A stretch of 63,000 nucleotides of DNA, counting the filler, from Kipferlia bialata (taxonomy: Eukaryota), in assembly GCA_003568945.1 (NCBI GenBank). It is 7 parts of 7 records of this genome, joined end to end, with 100 filler letters (N's around TTAATTAATTAA, not from the genome) between each part and the next. Parts side by side here need not be neighbours in the genome. Positions count along the whole stretch, not along the records: positions 11,878 to 17,017 come from BDIP01001186.1; positions 17,118 to 23,251 come from BDIP01001187.1; positions 23,352 to 35,111 come from BDIP01001188.1; 4 more parts are not named here. One strand, given 5' to 3'. Shown here one piece after another: positions 11,983-26,400 of this stretch; position 1 is the first letter of the stretch, and every line of letters starts with the position of its first letter. The notes beneath the pieces were generated by a model, which saw only the letters and a program-made list of their open reading frames with translations, ran no database searches and had not been told where the DNA came from. Position numbers and translations under genes: made by a program.

Positions 11983-12937
11983 CGGGTAGGCTCCCCCGAC
12001 ACTGCGGCCCCTGCAATCCTCTTGCCCTTGTGGCCCAGGATGGAGGTCTGGGGTAAGGGTATACAGGAATATATATGGTGTGTACAATAGTACTCCACTA
12101 TATATAGGCTGTACTATAGTACTACAATCCTCTTGCCCTTGTGGCCCAGGATGGAGGTCTGACAGTGAGATATGTATAGATATAGGGAGACGAAGTATAC
12201 ACTAAAGATACCTTTGCCTGCTCCCTGGCTTTCCTCCTGGCCCTCCTCTTCTCTCTCTCTCTCTATATATATATAGATACATATCTATATACCTTGGCCT
12301 GCTCTCTGGCCTTTCTCCTAGCCCTCCTCTTCTCCCTGGCTCCCTCTCCCTCACCCAGGGCAGCCTTGGCAGCATCGGCCTTGGCCTGGGGGTTAGAGAT
12401 GTGAGTAGATTTACATATGAGTATATGTGTTAATAATAGTATGTGTTATATATAAATATATGCCTAGGGCAGCCTTGGCAGCATCGGCCTTGGCCTGGGG
12501 GTGAGTGGAATAGGAGTATACATATACTCTATAGGGTAGGATTAGATATATACCGTCTGGTCATATATACATATGTATATATAAGCTTTGGTGACATCAG
12601 CATTGGTCTGGGAGTGATATATATATATATATATACAATGCTATAATACTGAACACTTAGTATCAATGAGCATCGAAGTACACATATATATACATGTATA
12701 CTATACCTTCTCTGCCTCCATGGCCCTGTCCAGCTCCTCCTTCTCTCTCTCTCTCTCCCTATATACACACACACACACACACATACATATATATATAGTC
12801 TATACATATATACCTCCTTCTCTGCCTCCATTGCCCTGTCTAGCTCCTCCTTCTCTCTCTCTCTCTCTATATATATATATCTATACACTATACTATATAC
12901 CTTCTTCTCTGCCTCCATGGCCCTGTCCAGCTCCTCC

Positions 12938-12972
<35 letters not shown>

Positions 12973-13563
12973 CATATATATATATGTATATATATATATG
13001 TATATACCCTATATACCTTCTTCTCTGCCTCCATTGCCCTGTCTAACTCCTCCTTGTTCAGCCAGGCACCACGCATCCCGGCATAGTACGACAGGTGCAT
13101 CTCCTGATATCAGAGTAGTATATATACATACATATACAGAATACACAAAAAAACATATGCAGGGTATATATATCACCGGCATACGACAGGTGCATATCCT
13201 GGGGTAAATGCCCGTATCTCTCTCTCTCCCTGTCGAAATATATATATATACTATATACACTAACCTCATCCAGCTTCTTCATGACATCCTCCACCACCAC
13301 CCTGGTGCCAGTGCTGTCTAGGACATGCAGGTCAATGCCTGGTCCAATCTGAGTGTAAGGTATGGGTATATATATATTTATAGATAGAGAGAGGTGGGTG
13401 CCAGTGCTGTCTAGCACATGCAGGTCAATGCCTGGTCCGATCTAGGGGGATCAGAGAGAGAGAGAGAGATGGTCTAGTAATACAAGACTCACTAGAGAAT
13501 TTGCACCATATACACATACCAGTATATTGCACTATATTCCTAAGGTATGACACACACACATAC

Positions 13564-13618
<55 letters not shown>

Positions 13619-13762
13619 ACTACTAGACAAATACACTCTACCTGTGGGGGGTATATGTGCTTGGCCAAGAGGGTGCTGGCAGCAATGAGGGGGGAGTATA
13701 TGTCGTCTGGTCCGTAGTACACCCTGCACTGCAGCCTGGTGTGCTCCTTGTTGTCTGCACCC

Positions 13763-13803
<41 letters not shown>

Positions 13804-13861
13804 AAGAGAGAGAGAGAGATAACATGTAGCCTGGTGTGCTCCTTGTTGTCTGCACCCTTAA

Positions 13862-13896
<35 letters not shown>

Positions 13897-13934
13897 ACGT
13901 AAACTGGTGTGCTCCTTGTTGTCTGCACCCTTAA

Positions 13935-13969
<35 letters not shown>

Positions 13970-14011
13970 ACGTAAACTGGTGTACTCCTTGCTGTCTGCA
14001 CCCTTATTGTA

Positions 14012-14042
<31 letters not shown>

Positions 14043-14102
14043 GAGAGAGAGAGAGAGAGATAACACGTAAACTGGTGTGCTCCTTGTTGTCTGCACCCTC
14101 AA

Positions 14103-14150
<48 letters not shown>

Positions 14151-15089
14151 GAACTCACATTGATGACGACGAATCCTGCGTGTATCTGCTTGACAATGCC
14201 AAAGGGGGCAAAGAGAGCGGCAATGTCCCTCTTGATCATCCTGGGGGTCAGAAACTATTACAATACACATATATACTATATATTTATGTATATATAGTAG
14301 TAACACATCAAATTGTATCATGATTGGCGATGTCCCTCTTGATCATCCTGGGATGAGGTATACAGGTATGTCCTATACTATATGTCTATAGTACATATAT
14401 GGCATGAATATGTAATAGTGACACATCATATCTAGTACGGTTAGCAATGTCCCTCTTTGATCATCATGGGGGCTATATATATATGCAATTAACCATATAT
14501 ACTCCCATAAAATGAGTATAGAGATACAATTAAGGGGTAGATGTTGAGTATACACACAAATACAAATGGGAAATTGGAGAGCGGCAATGTCCTCTTGATT
14601 AACCTAGGTTATACAATAGAATAATATGAGAAAGAAATATTATATATATATGTATTACATAAAATACATATACATGATATATATAAATGTTTATATATAT
14701 AGTGTACTGTATCGTACCTCATTCACATACATACATACAAATATATGTAATGATCATACCTCCTGGGCAGACCGTTGGTGACCACGACACTGTACTTGAT
14801 CTGGGGGTGGGAGAGGAAGGTTGTTGTTCAAGTGCGTGGCTGGGTCAAAGGGGTCCAGGGGGATGGCCTCCTTCCCCATATATATATATATAGTTATATA
14901 CATATATAAATATACTATATACACAATTTTACATATATATATAGATATATATGTACCTTGTTGTTCAAGTGACTGACTGGATCAAAGGGGTCCAGGGGGA
15001 TGGCCTATATATACATATATATTTACTATACAATACTAATATATACTACATATATATACATATATACATATATACTACATATATACTAC

Positions 15090-15124
<35 letters not shown>

Positions 15125-16928
15125 CTATATATATATATACACTATACAATATATATACACTATACAATATATACATATATACATATATATGTATACCTTG
15201 TTGTTCAAGTGCGTGGCTGGGTCGAAGGGGTCCAGGGGGATGGCCTACGTCCCCATAAATATATACAGTTATATATATCTATATAAATATACTATATATA
15301 TATATATATATATATATACCTTGTTGTTCAAGTGTGTGACTGGATCAAAGGGGTCCAGGGGGATGGCCTCCTTCTCCCTCTGCCGCTCCTCGGCACGCCT
15401 CTTCTCGGCCTTCTCCTGAGGGGTTGGACAGGTATAGACACACACGCACACATGTAAATATATATGTTTATATATATACCAGGAGTGATGCCTCTTCTCG
15501 GCCTTCTCCTGGGGGTGAGGTTTAATAAGATACACACACACATATGCATGCATGTCCTCTCGGCCTTCTCCTTGGGATAAGTGGTATATGTATATATATA
15601 TATATATGACATTATATATTATTATATAAATCTGAGACATGCCTCTTCTCGGGATTCTCCTGAGGGGTTAGATACACACTCATAGATAGATTTATGAATA
15701 GAGAGCGATAAATATATATCACTCATAGATATATATGTGTGGGTGTAAGGGGCACATATACTTATATATTTACATATATATATAGAAAGAGAGAGAGAGA
15801 GAGAGAGTAAGAGATTTCGAGACCTGCCTCTTCTCGGCCTTCTCCTGAGGGGTTAGACACAGACACACAAATACATATTAGGACATTACCAAATACTCAC
15901 CCTCTTTGCCCTCCTCTGCCTCTCTGAGACACAAACACACACACACACACTATATATATATACATACATATATACATCTACATACTCTCTTTGCCCTCTC
16001 CTCTGCCTCTCTGATACTCTCTCTCTCTCTCTCTCTCTATAAATATAAATATATATATACTGTACTTACCCTCTTTGCCCTCTCCTCTGCCTCTCTGATC
16101 CTCTCCTCCTTGCGCCTGGCCTGGGGGTTATTATTCATTTATATAACAATACATATTTATATACATATGTACTTACGTCTGGCCTGGTGTTATTATTCAT
16201 TCATATATTATATATGACTGTATGTCTAACACTAGTGTATCACTCTGATGCGCACCTCCTTGCGTCTGGCCTGGGGGTGAGATATACATATATATCCATA
16301 TAAACACATATATAGGTAGTATATATAGACATACTGTGAGAGTAACTCATCCTTGCGCCTGGGGGTGAGACATTCACATATAGAGATTGTACTGTGAGAG
16401 TAACTAAGTATCTTAGTATATATGTGGCTTCATTGCGTCTGGCCTGATGGTGAGATACATAGATCCATATATACACATATATAGGTTGTGCATATTGACA
16501 TACTGTGAGAGATACACATCCTTGCGCCTGGCCTGGGGGTGAGATACATATGTATATAAAGGGAGGGGGGGGGGGGGGTAGACAGAAAGGGAGGGAGAGA
16601 GGACCACACATATCTATAGTGAAGGTCAGGACAGAAAAGAAAGAGAATATAGCACAACTAACGATACAGTGTATCTGTATGATGGAGGGAGGGGACACTC
16701 CTACTCTTCATTAGAAACTCCTTTATAGTATAGACAGACATAGTAATACTGAGAACGAGACATAACACAACGCAGAGGATATTGAGAAGTGGAGAAACAA
16801 GGTGTGATGGATGATAGTACAGATTTGTTATACATTAATACATTTGTGTATGCGTATGTCTGTATGGGTATATAAATGTGTATGAATGCCTCACCTCGCG
16901 CTCCTCTGCCTCCTTCTTAGCCTTGGCC
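11983..16928 (-). CDS. Multi-exon internal fragment: charged coiled-coil followed by an RRM-like RNA-binding domain
   Basis: Spliced exons read [17 protein letters not shown] / [32 protein letters not shown] / [41 protein letters not shown] / [40 protein letters not shown] / ... / [31 protein letters not shown]. The VVVTN-LP..DI..LF..FG.V pattern matches RRM beta1-alpha1-beta2. Confidence 0.7.
12212..16540 (-). repeat. Dense exon-echo arrays around nearly every exon of the RRM gene
   Basis: Copy numbers include the exon itself: [12 protein letters not shown] x4 (12704-13055); GADNKEHT x5 (13735-14100); MIKRDI x4 (14218-14606); [15 protein letters not shown] x4 (14819-15375); EKAEKR x5 (15398-15845); ARRK x6 (16105-16535). 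Confidence 0.92.
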
Positions 16929-16983
16929 TGGGGGTGAGACATGTATTCATATGGAGACAGATGCGGGGGGGGGGGGGGGGGGT

Positions 16984-17017
<34 letters not shown>

Positions 17018-17117
17018 NNNNNNNNNNNNNNNNNNNNNNNNNNNNNNNNNNNNNNNNNNNNTTAATTAATTAANNNNNNNNNNNNNNNNNNNNNNNNNNN
17101 NNNNNNNNNNNNNNNNN
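17018..17117. other. Artificial contig-join spacer
   Basis: N44-TTAATTAATTAA-N44. Confidence 0.98.
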
Positions 17118-18611
17118 AGAGAGGGGGGGTGGGGGGGGGGGGGGGGGGGGGGGGGGGGAAGGATACTATACTAACCTGACTTTGGCTGCAGCCACTGGTA
17201 CTCATAGCCCCCTGTTGCATGGGTAGGGCAGATGTAGGTGTCAGGTTCCAGTCCAAAGCTGAGTGTCAGAGATATATCACGCGACTAGTCAGGGAGGCAG
17301 TGCCTCCCGGAGGCACTCGAGAGAGAGACCCACATACATCTGTGCACACACAGAACCTGGAAATACAAATCCTGGTAACATAATATCATGCTGTCAGAAA
17401 ACCATGATGTCGCGTTGTAGTGTCGAAATGGATTTAGAGTGTACTAATGTAGGGCCAAACCAGCTACCTTACATCAGCGTTGGGGCACGAGAAGGTCGAT
17501 GCACTAGCAGCGAACAAGCCTAATAGCACCAGGTATATGCATACCCAGTGACGCATCTGAGACAGAGAGGCTACTGTGCACAAGAGACTCGAGTCAGTTG
17601 AGCATATGCGTAATTTTTGGGTTGCCCCCCTTTTAGTTTTCTTTACTACTCAGAACAAGACAGTCGCTCGTTCCACCGTCTATGGTACTTAACCAGGGAG
17701 GGCGGCTAGTCACAGCCGTTTATATCATTCATATATCAAGTTGCTTTGCGTAGGAATCCGTATTTGGACCCTTCTTTCCAGCAGAGACTGTCGCGCAGTG
17801 AGAAGCAAAGGTTTGACCCGTGAAGTCATATCCTCGGAGGCAGCGCAACTAGGCAGGATATGTGGAGTGCGTGGTTTCTAGCCACTGAGCAATGAAAGGT
17901 CTAGCTCCACGCTACAATATGTGAGAGTCCGATTTCGGCTAGTAGAGATAGCCTAGCACTGTCACTGTCAAGGAGCTTTCCGATTGAGGAGATGAGGTCT
18001 CTTCATCATGAAGTGGAGTAACACATACATCGTCCATGATAAGGAAGCCGAGCCAATAGGCCATTTTGCCTACAAGCAACACCCCATTCACACCTCAATA
18101 TATGAATACATCTCAAGTATTATTCTTGGCTTGATAGCCGCCCATGACATCGATTCTCAGTCTCGTGTACGGTCGCCGGTGAGTGACTGGCGACCTGCTG
18201 TCCCATCATGTAAGAACATGATTCATGCTCTATGCAAGAGACTCTACGACGCCAACAGCTCTTCGATAAGATTGTAATATACAACAAAAATGCATATATA
18301 TACCATTTGAACACATGGACTGCCAGTTCCCTGAGCTATCGGTGGTATATCGAGTATAAGTCAGTCTACTATTACAGGCAACGTCTACTAACACCTTGTG
18401 ACTGAACGAAAAACAGAAATGCAAAATGAAGAGGTCTCTTATAGAGACCCTGTCCTACTGACGTAACGTGAACAGTATTTCGGCTCTATTCCTATCAGAG
18501 ATATACTGCAATGAGTATGATCAGATAGACTACTCTATTAGTTCCCATTGGTCAGCCAATACCATGCAAATTCAAGTGCTCCACAGAATGTAACACTATG
18601 TCAGTGGGGTC

Positions 18612-19508
18612 TCACTCCTTCTGCCCCAAGATGGCGTTAGGTGGAATGATGCCCCATCTCATGTCTGGGTGTGGGTACACCAGGCCAGGGTCTAGATAGT
18701 GCAGCTGATAGTGCTCACCTGGCCTGCCCGACCAGACTGCTAAGGAGGGGAAGAAGACACCGTCCTCACACTCGAAAGTTGTACTGTCATACTGTGTGAT
18801 CTCGCCAGATATGGTGTCTAATCCGTACCAGTCCCATTTGCCAGAGAAAGTAGTCGATAGAGTGACTATCAGGAGGAAGTGGCCAACGGCCATAGTCTGG
18901 CATCTGTATACATGCCTTGGTAGTCTAGCCTCCTCAACCCACCCAGTTCTCTCGGAAAACGAGACTATCCTACTGTCTCGAGTGAAAACATATGCACGGG
19001 AACCCAGACAACATGAAGGCGTACTAATATCGCTATCCACTGGGATCCTAAGTAACTTCCACTCCTCGTACCGTCTGTCCGGATCAAAGGTCCACATCTG
19101 CACACTATTCCCTGATGCACCTCTGAACCAAACTCGCATGAAACAGCGGTCCTCAAGTGCAAACACGTCCCGACGTATCAACTGATCCAAATCAAAGGGA
19201 TGTAGCGTGTGTACTCGAGAGACTTCCATAGAGTCCAGCTCTAGCTTCAGAAGGACACGGTTACAATCGCACGCGTACAACACGCCCCCTACTGTAAATG
19301 TAGAACGTGGTGCCTTGCAGAATAGGGCTGTGTGGTGCTCTATGACGTCAGATGCCCTCAGAGTCAGGGTGTGCATGTCTCCCGATACCACATCTAGGTA
19401 GGCCAGCGAGTTGGCACCAACCGTTGTGCCTTCGACTCGAGTAATTTCACACTCTGGTACAACTTGAGAGGTTGTGACATGTGCGCAGAACAGAGGGTTG
19501 TGTGGCAT
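18612..19508 (-). CDS. Intronless divergent kelch-like beta-propeller protein (298 aa)
   Basis: Uninterrupted ORF of normal complexity with repeated blade-like motifs (MWTFDPDRRYEEWKLL, CCLGSRAYVF, FSERTGWVEEARLP, WYGLDTISGEITQY). Confidence 0.65.
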   Translation of the reverse strand: MPHNPLFCAHVTTSQVVPECEITRVEGTTVGANSLAYLDVVSGDMHTLTLRASDVIEHHTALFCKAPRSTFTVGGVLYACDCNRVLLKLELDSMEVSRVHTLHPFDLDQLIRRDVFALEDRCFMRVWFRGASGNSVQMWTFDPDRRYEEWKLLRIPVDSDISTPSCCLGSRAYVFTRDSRIVSFSERTGWVEEARLPRHVYRCQTMAVGHFLLIVTLSTTFSGKWDWYGLDTISGEITQYDSTTFECEDGVFFPSLAVWSGRPGEHYQLHYLDPGLVYPHPDMRWGIIPPNAILGQKE

Positions 19509-20123
19509 GTAACGTCCAATATAGCGACTTAACTTGTTTCTGAGAAGGAACAGTGGTGTGTCTTGTATCTACTGCCACACACAATACGATATCACTCACG
19601 TGACGCCATCTTTCACCGAGTACGGTGACCCTCAGTCGTTTCAAAGCTTGGATCCACTGCTGTAAAGTACAATTGGGATAGGTTGGCATGGCTCTAGAGT
19701 GCTACACTGTAGATTCATCTGAATGTGACATAGGACTGAGTATACTGTTTTTATATTTGTTATGTCTCGCTGACTGTCAAACAACTCTGGCAACTGATAG
19801 TGTACAACAACAGACAGGCCAGCAAGAGAATTCCCAACTCCTCGACTAACGCGGAACGACATACAGCAACACTGTCGCCCCACCAACACAAAAGACACCA
19901 CAACATAGCAACCGCCCTCTTCCCGACCCAAGTCCATAAGGGGAGGGGCTAATAAGTAGATACCGCCCTCTGACGGTAACGGGTCCGCCAACTATCGTTG
20001 AAGGACACCCCAAAAGCACACAAAGCTTGGTAATAATGATACAAAATCGTCACAACGCAGTGCAGAAACGAGGGGTAGATACACCCCATCGCTATGCGCC
20101 ACGGGACTCTGTGTGAATATAGT

Positions 20124-23100
20124 CTACAGCCACCTGTCCTGCTGTGACAGGACAGAGCAGCACCGGGGAGGGGGGGTGCCGCCTGGGGTGAGGGGATTGA
20201 GTATGAGAGAGAGTACATATATACTAGTATGTGTGTGAATACCTAGGCCTGTCCCCCCCACGAGGTCCTCTGTGAACTGGGACTCATCGAACACAGTGTC
20301 GCCATGACCAGAGTACACCTGGAAGGTCTGGGGTCAGAGGGGGTACTAATATACACATATTCATATGCAGTGTAAGACCCAGGTGTATTCACACACATAA
20401 ACATAAGCATACATTGTACAGTAGCGTGTGTACCTCCTCGGGTGCCTTGGCCCCTGTGTCCCCCAGGAAGTCAGAGGGGTGGGGGTGGTCGGCTGAGGGT
20501 CAGAACAGAGAGTAGAGAACTTGTTTGGACATATCAAGTGTGGCACATAACTCTAAAAATGTAAATATGTATAGTGACTATCGTGTACCTGTCTCGAGGT
20601 CCTGTAGGGCAGCTAGGCCATCCTCCACTGGATGTAAGAAAGGTGATAGTGAGGGGGGACAGTGATATAAGACACAGAGTGAGAGTCACTCAGAGAGAGA
20701 CATGGCTTCACTCACCCACGTCACCGTCAGGGAAGATGTCGGCGGCTCTCTGGCCAAGGGCAAGTCTAGGAGTAAGCAATAGGGTAGGGGGGGGGGGAGG
20801 GGGATAGAAACAGAGCATCCCAGTAGAGTGGTGACATAGTACATAATGACGCGTCTGTCGTTGCCCACCTTGAGTCTGGTCTGTCGACGAGTATACTGGA
20901 CACTGCCCTGACATCGAGGCCGTCCAGCCCCACCCCTCTCCCCCTCCCTGCCCCCTTTCTCTCTCTCTGCCCCATGGTCAGCATAGATACCCCGGCTATG
21001 GACAGACCGCAGATGGAGGCACGGCGGGCCCTGTCTCGGTTGGGGCCAGTGCCGATGGTGTTCTGGGGTCAGGCATAGGTAGATGGATATACAAATACAG
21101 GTGTACATATAGAGGTGAGACACATACAAGTGAATGCTGTGCTACACACATAAAACAGGTGTAGTTCTAATAGTCACTCAGATATACCACGCACCCTTCT
21201 GTTTAGTGCCGGTGTGGGGTGTGCCGTGACTGTCCTGGACACGGCAGGGCACTTGCCAACCTGCGTCACACTGCCTAGGGGGTCAGACGGAGAGGGAGAG
21301 AGAGAGGTGTGTGAGAGAGAGAGAGTAGTAGGATTCACACTCCCAGAAGAATGAGGAGACGGAGAGGACTGTTCAGTTACGAGTATGCTTGTATGTACAT
21401 TTGTCTATGTGTCTTCCCTACCTGGGACAATGCCGTACATGGCCTTGGACTGGTTGGACATGGATGAGGATGGTCTGCGGGAGGGATCAGCATCAACGGC
21501 AGAGTGGTCTATCAGACGGCGGCTGGGGTGAGGGGGATGGCAGCATGAGAGAGAGAGAGAGGCAGGCCACGTACCGGCGAGTGTTGAGTGAGCGTGTGAG
21601 CCTGACACCCGTGTCGTGTCTATCTCCATGTCTGTGTCCATGTCTGGACCCTACCCTGCTGGAGGGCCGGTCGTGGCTGCTCTCCTGGGGGTAAGGGATA
21701 GTCGTATGTATATAAATCAATATATACTGACACTGATACTATATGAAGTTGATCGTGGCTGCTGTCCTAGGTATTAAGTACACATACGTGTATATATATA
21801 CACTATATATATAGTGTACCTTAGTGATGTTGGCGCAGCACCGCAGCTCCCTCTCCACCTCCAGGTCCAGCTCTCGGTCCTTGTCCTGCTTGTCTCTCTC
21901 TCTCTCTCTCTCCCTGTCTCTCTCCCTCTCCTCCTCATCTACCACAATGCTGTCTCCAAACCCTGACCCGATACTGCCAACCAGGCTGTCGCCGTCTCTC
22001 TCTCTCTCTCTCTCTGTCTCCATGACACTATCATCTGCATCGCCTAGGACTGACCCTAGCAGCACAGACTGGAACCCACTCGAGTTCAGGGGGGCAACAC
22101 CGCTAAAGGAGAACTGACTGGGGGTAGAGAGGGGAGAAGAGTATAATACGCAGTGTAGGGAATAAGGATGCCTACCTGCAGTTGATGCTCTCTGTGATGC
22201 TCCCGTCCATGTCGCTCTCCCTGCCTCTCTCTCTCTCTCTCTGCTTGCCTCTTTCAAGGGAGGTCAGACGCTGGAGTGAGGGTGTGTGGGAAGTATATGA
22301 GAACACATACTATACACACACATACATCTACTAGCATACCTGGCATATAGTGGACGCCGGCCTGACCACGTGTGTCCTCTCCCTGTTGAATGACCCACTG
22401 TCAGCCATGCCGACTGCAGTGGAGGGAGAGTAGAAGGGTGAGGGAGGGGGCAGGGGGGACCCAGTACCGGGGGGGAGGGGGGACGCAGGGGCGGCATCTG
22501 GGGGTGAGGTTGTGACACGTACTCATACCATATACATACATATATATATATACATATGTCACCATGCCCCTCACCCTCCAGCCCGTCCAGGCTCTGATGG
22601 CTGTGTGTGTTGGACCTGACTAGGAAGGGACTGGCCACAACAGTGCCCTCGCCCAGGCTCAGCTAGGATGAGAAACATGCACTATACACTACTCTGAAGA
22701 GTATAGCCACTTACTTGTAGTACACTAAAAGAGTGTAACACACAGTACCTGGCTTGTCCTCCCCCCCTCAATACCAGAGGCATAGAGACCAGACTGGGCC
22801 TGGGGGTCTGCCTCATTGTCCCCCTCCCCTGCCCTCTCTCTCTTCCTGCCCAGTGCCATGGCCATCGAGATGTCACCCACACTCTGGGGGTCAGAGAGGG
22901 AGGGGAATACATACACACCCACCCATATATATACTCATTGACAGACACACAGAGAGAGAGAGTGTGTGAGAGTGTGAGGGTGTGGTACCTGTGAGCGTGG
23001 CAGTGACTGAGACATAGACCTCTGTGTGTCTGTCCCTCTGTGGTATGAGGAGGTGGAGCCCATGGCAGAGGCAGCGGCCTTGCCTGACAGTTAGTCTCTT

Positions 23101-23190
23101 TCTCTCTCTCTCTCTCTATCTATGTATACATATATACACACACACACACATATATATATATACCCCACCTGATATGGCTGTGTTCCACAT
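20124..23190 (-). CDS. Multi-exon hypothetical protein, low-complexity S/R/E-rich (5'-partial)
   Basis: Phase-compatible exons bounded by CCCCAG/GT: ..SRRPSSSMSNQSKAMYGIVP / GSVTQVGKCPAVSRTV.. / NTIGTGPNRDRARRASICGLS.. / LALGQRAADIFPDGDV / VEDGLAALQDLET / TFQVYSGHGDTVFDESQFTEDLVGGT / GGTPPPRCCSVLSQQDRWL*. No domain recognised. Confidence 0.6.
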
Positions 23191-23199
23191 CCTACTCTG

Positions 23200-23251
<52 letters not shown>

Positions 23252-23351
23252 NNNNNNNNNNNNNNNNNNNNNNNNNNNNNNNNNNNNNNNNNNNNTTAAT
23301 TAATTAANNNNNNNNNNNNNNNNNNNNNNNNNNNNNNNNNNNNNNNNNNNN
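23252..23351. other. Artificial contig-join spacer
   Basis: N44-TTAATTAATTAA-N44. Confidence 0.98.
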
Positions 23352-23421
23352 TTTGGTAGTTCTTGTCCCTTACCCCCCCCCCCCCCCCCCTCTCTCTCTC
23401 TCTTTCTCTCACTCACCCCAG

Positions 23422-26400
23422 GCTCTGAGTGCCAGACAGAGAGTGAGGAGGAGATGGACTATGAGGACATGGTATGTGTATATGTATCTATACATGTATG
23501 TATGTATATATATAGAAGAGATGGACTATGAGGACATGGTATGTGTATGGGTATCTATACTCTCTATCATTCAGTCATATAGACCCCTTCCCTTTCCCTC
23601 TCTTACCCTTAGGTGGCGGAACTGGCACCAAATGCCGAGCCCGTTGTCTCCCCACGCACACTTATGGAGAGAGAGAAGGAGAGAGAGAGGCAGAGGGAGC
23701 TGCGGTCTCTGCCCAGGGACTACAGGGCGGTGGATGACAGTGCACTCAACAACCCACTCGGTATGTGGCATTGTCTACTTGTGTAATGTGTGTTTACATG
23801 TCACCATCTCCTTGTCTCTCTTCCCCTCTCTCTCTCTCTCCCCCCAACCTCACCCAGCCCCAGTGACGTCCAAGTTGGACTCTCTGCTGCCCCCAGAGGA
23901 CTCCCCCCAGACACAGGCCATGTCTCTACTGCACAGGGAGAGAGAGAGAGAGAGGAAGGAGGGGCTGGCAGGGTCCAGGTCCAGGGGTGCGTTTGGCAGT
24001 AGGTCCCCAAGCGGCATGTCTCTGGCAAGGAGCAGTATGAGGTAGGGGACAGTGTGTGTATATTCATGTATGTACTATTCCCTCACCGTACTCACCCTCA
24101 GTATGCTGAGAACACCCACTGCTGGGGATGCCACAGATGACGAGGAGGGGTATCAGGAGGGGGAGGAAGGGGACTCCACCCCCAGACCACCCACCTGCAT
24201 CAGTGGGGAGGACGGGTGCGTGTACAATATCTATTCTGCATGTCATTTCTCTCTCATCCACCCGATTCTGTTCTGTGTTCTTTGACTTACCCAGCTCCCT
24301 CTCTGCCCAGGAGCTGTTGCGTAACCAGATAGCCTTCCTCTTCACCCGGATCCAGCAGTCCCTGCCCATGTCGGAGCTCAAGGTGGGTATGTATGTACCT
24401 GTATGTATGTATATGCATGTCTGTGTACTTCTGTTTGGCACCCCTCCCACCCCCCAGGACCACATCTTTGAGTTACAGTATCTGAGTATATATATATGTG
24501 TGTGTGTTTGAGTGTATGTATATAAGTCTACTTCTGCCTCACCCCCCAGGACCACATCTTTGAGCTCATGCCCTATGTCGTGGCCAGCGCCATATGCAGG
24601 GCATTCAAGCTGTGGTTCCCAGCATTTGTGTCGGTGTTCTCGGGTGCGTATATATATCCAGATCTCTCTCTCTCTCTTCACACGATCCTCACACCCAGGC
24701 GAGTTCAACCACTGTGTCTATGAGAACATTGTGTATGCCATCAGTGGGATGACCATGTACCCAGGTAGGCATTCCGCCATGGATGATAGGTGGATGTGGA
24801 AGGATACACTGTTACACACTGGTTAATTGACTAGTTTTCCACCTCTCATTGTCCTTGATATACATTGCTGACCCTCTAGACGTGCTAGCCAGGCGTAGAA
24901 GACTGTACTGGGCCAGGGGTGAGACCCATGTGATGGAGGGCCTGGTAGGGGAGACCATCCCAGTGGTGACAGGCAACAACGTGTCACAGGTGCGGGGTGG
25001 TTATCCCATATACATATATAGTATTCAGAGAGTGTAATTGTATATATAAAGAGAAACCCTTAACCCCCAGGACATGTACTCCAAGGGATACATCTTCCAG
25101 CAGTTTGTGCTATTCCCTGAGGAGGGTGACTTCAGAGAGAGTCTGAGGGGGGAGTCAAGGAGGGTGCAGCAGACAAAGGGAAAGCCAACGGGTACGGGGT
25201 CGGTCTCAATACCTGCTAACTTTACAAGACTATCATCCTTCTCATCTCTCTCTCTCACCCCAGATATGGCATCCCTGCAGCGTGGTCTGACCACCCTGTC
25301 CTCTCTCAAGAAGGGTTCGCAGGTACCGATTTATTATTATGGGTCAAGCATCGCTTCTCTCTGCATATATGGCTAACTCTGTAGGGCGATGAGGGAGAGG
25401 GAGAAGGTGGAGAGAGTGGCAAGGACGGCGACAAGCAGGTGGTGTCCCTGGCCAACACCCAACTGGCCAAGGAGGAGGACCCAGGGGCCCTGGCACACCT
25501 CAGGTAGGATGGTGTGTGTAGATGCATGGATGTGCTCTCTCCCACACACTCTCCCTCCCTCCCCACCCCAGGCTTGTCAACCTCACCCCGGTGGCTGCAC
25601 CCCAGCTGAAGGGGGGGGAGAGACTCAACAAGCAGCAGCAGGTATGGAAGGGTGACAACATACTATATTCATAAACACTAATTATGTCACACTGTGATAT
25701 GGAGGCTACTTAGTGCACACTCTCCACACACACACACCCTCTCACCCCTAGGAGGTTGCCAAGTTTGAGACGACCCAGACACGGGATGAGGACGTGCTGC
25801 ACACCATTCTGCAGGGCATAGGTGGGTGTGAATATTCAGGCAGTGTGTAACAACGCATCCTCTCTCACGCCAGGGGCTGAGCTAGCCCAGCAGGGTGCCC
25901 TGTCTAGACAGACCAGAGATGCCTCTATGCAGAGTGGCAGTCAGCACTTGCTGGAGGAGAGGAGACACAAGGCCGGTAGGGGGTGGTTGATGTGTATATA
26001 TATATACTCGGTCTCACTCAGACTCATCCTTATTCATCTAGCCCTCCCCCCCTCACCCCCAGGTGCTGTTAGGCATGGGCTGGGTCTGACCTCTCTGAGT
26101 GCCACCACAGTGGGGGGGCACTACCAGACACAGGTGTGTATACTATTTGATTGTGAGCACGGTTGGATGTATATCATTAATTGATTTCTCCATATCCGAT
26201 TTGCCTCACCCCCTCAGGAGGCCCTGTCCCTCCACTCCACCACGCCCCTCTCCCGACACTTTGCCAAGATCACACACTCCAGGGCACTGGTGCAGGTGGG
26301 GGTTGTATAGTGTATAAGTTGGGTACAATGACGTGTGACTTGTCAATATCCACTGGTTAGACCCCGTCTCCCCCTCTCTCCTCACCCCTCACCCCTCACC

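Noticed and set aside
17175..17256. Possible first exon of a minus-strand gene at the contig edge
   Set aside because: Too short to fix the frame or start codon; there is a donor-like GTTAGT but no supporting homology.
17260..18600. Transposon or ncRNA in the long intergenic stretches (also 10030-11000, 28880-29600, 33720-34480, 35212-36400)
   Set aside because: No terminal repeats, transposase or RT motifs, tRNA cloverleaf or rRNA similarity could be recognised by eye; absence is not proven.
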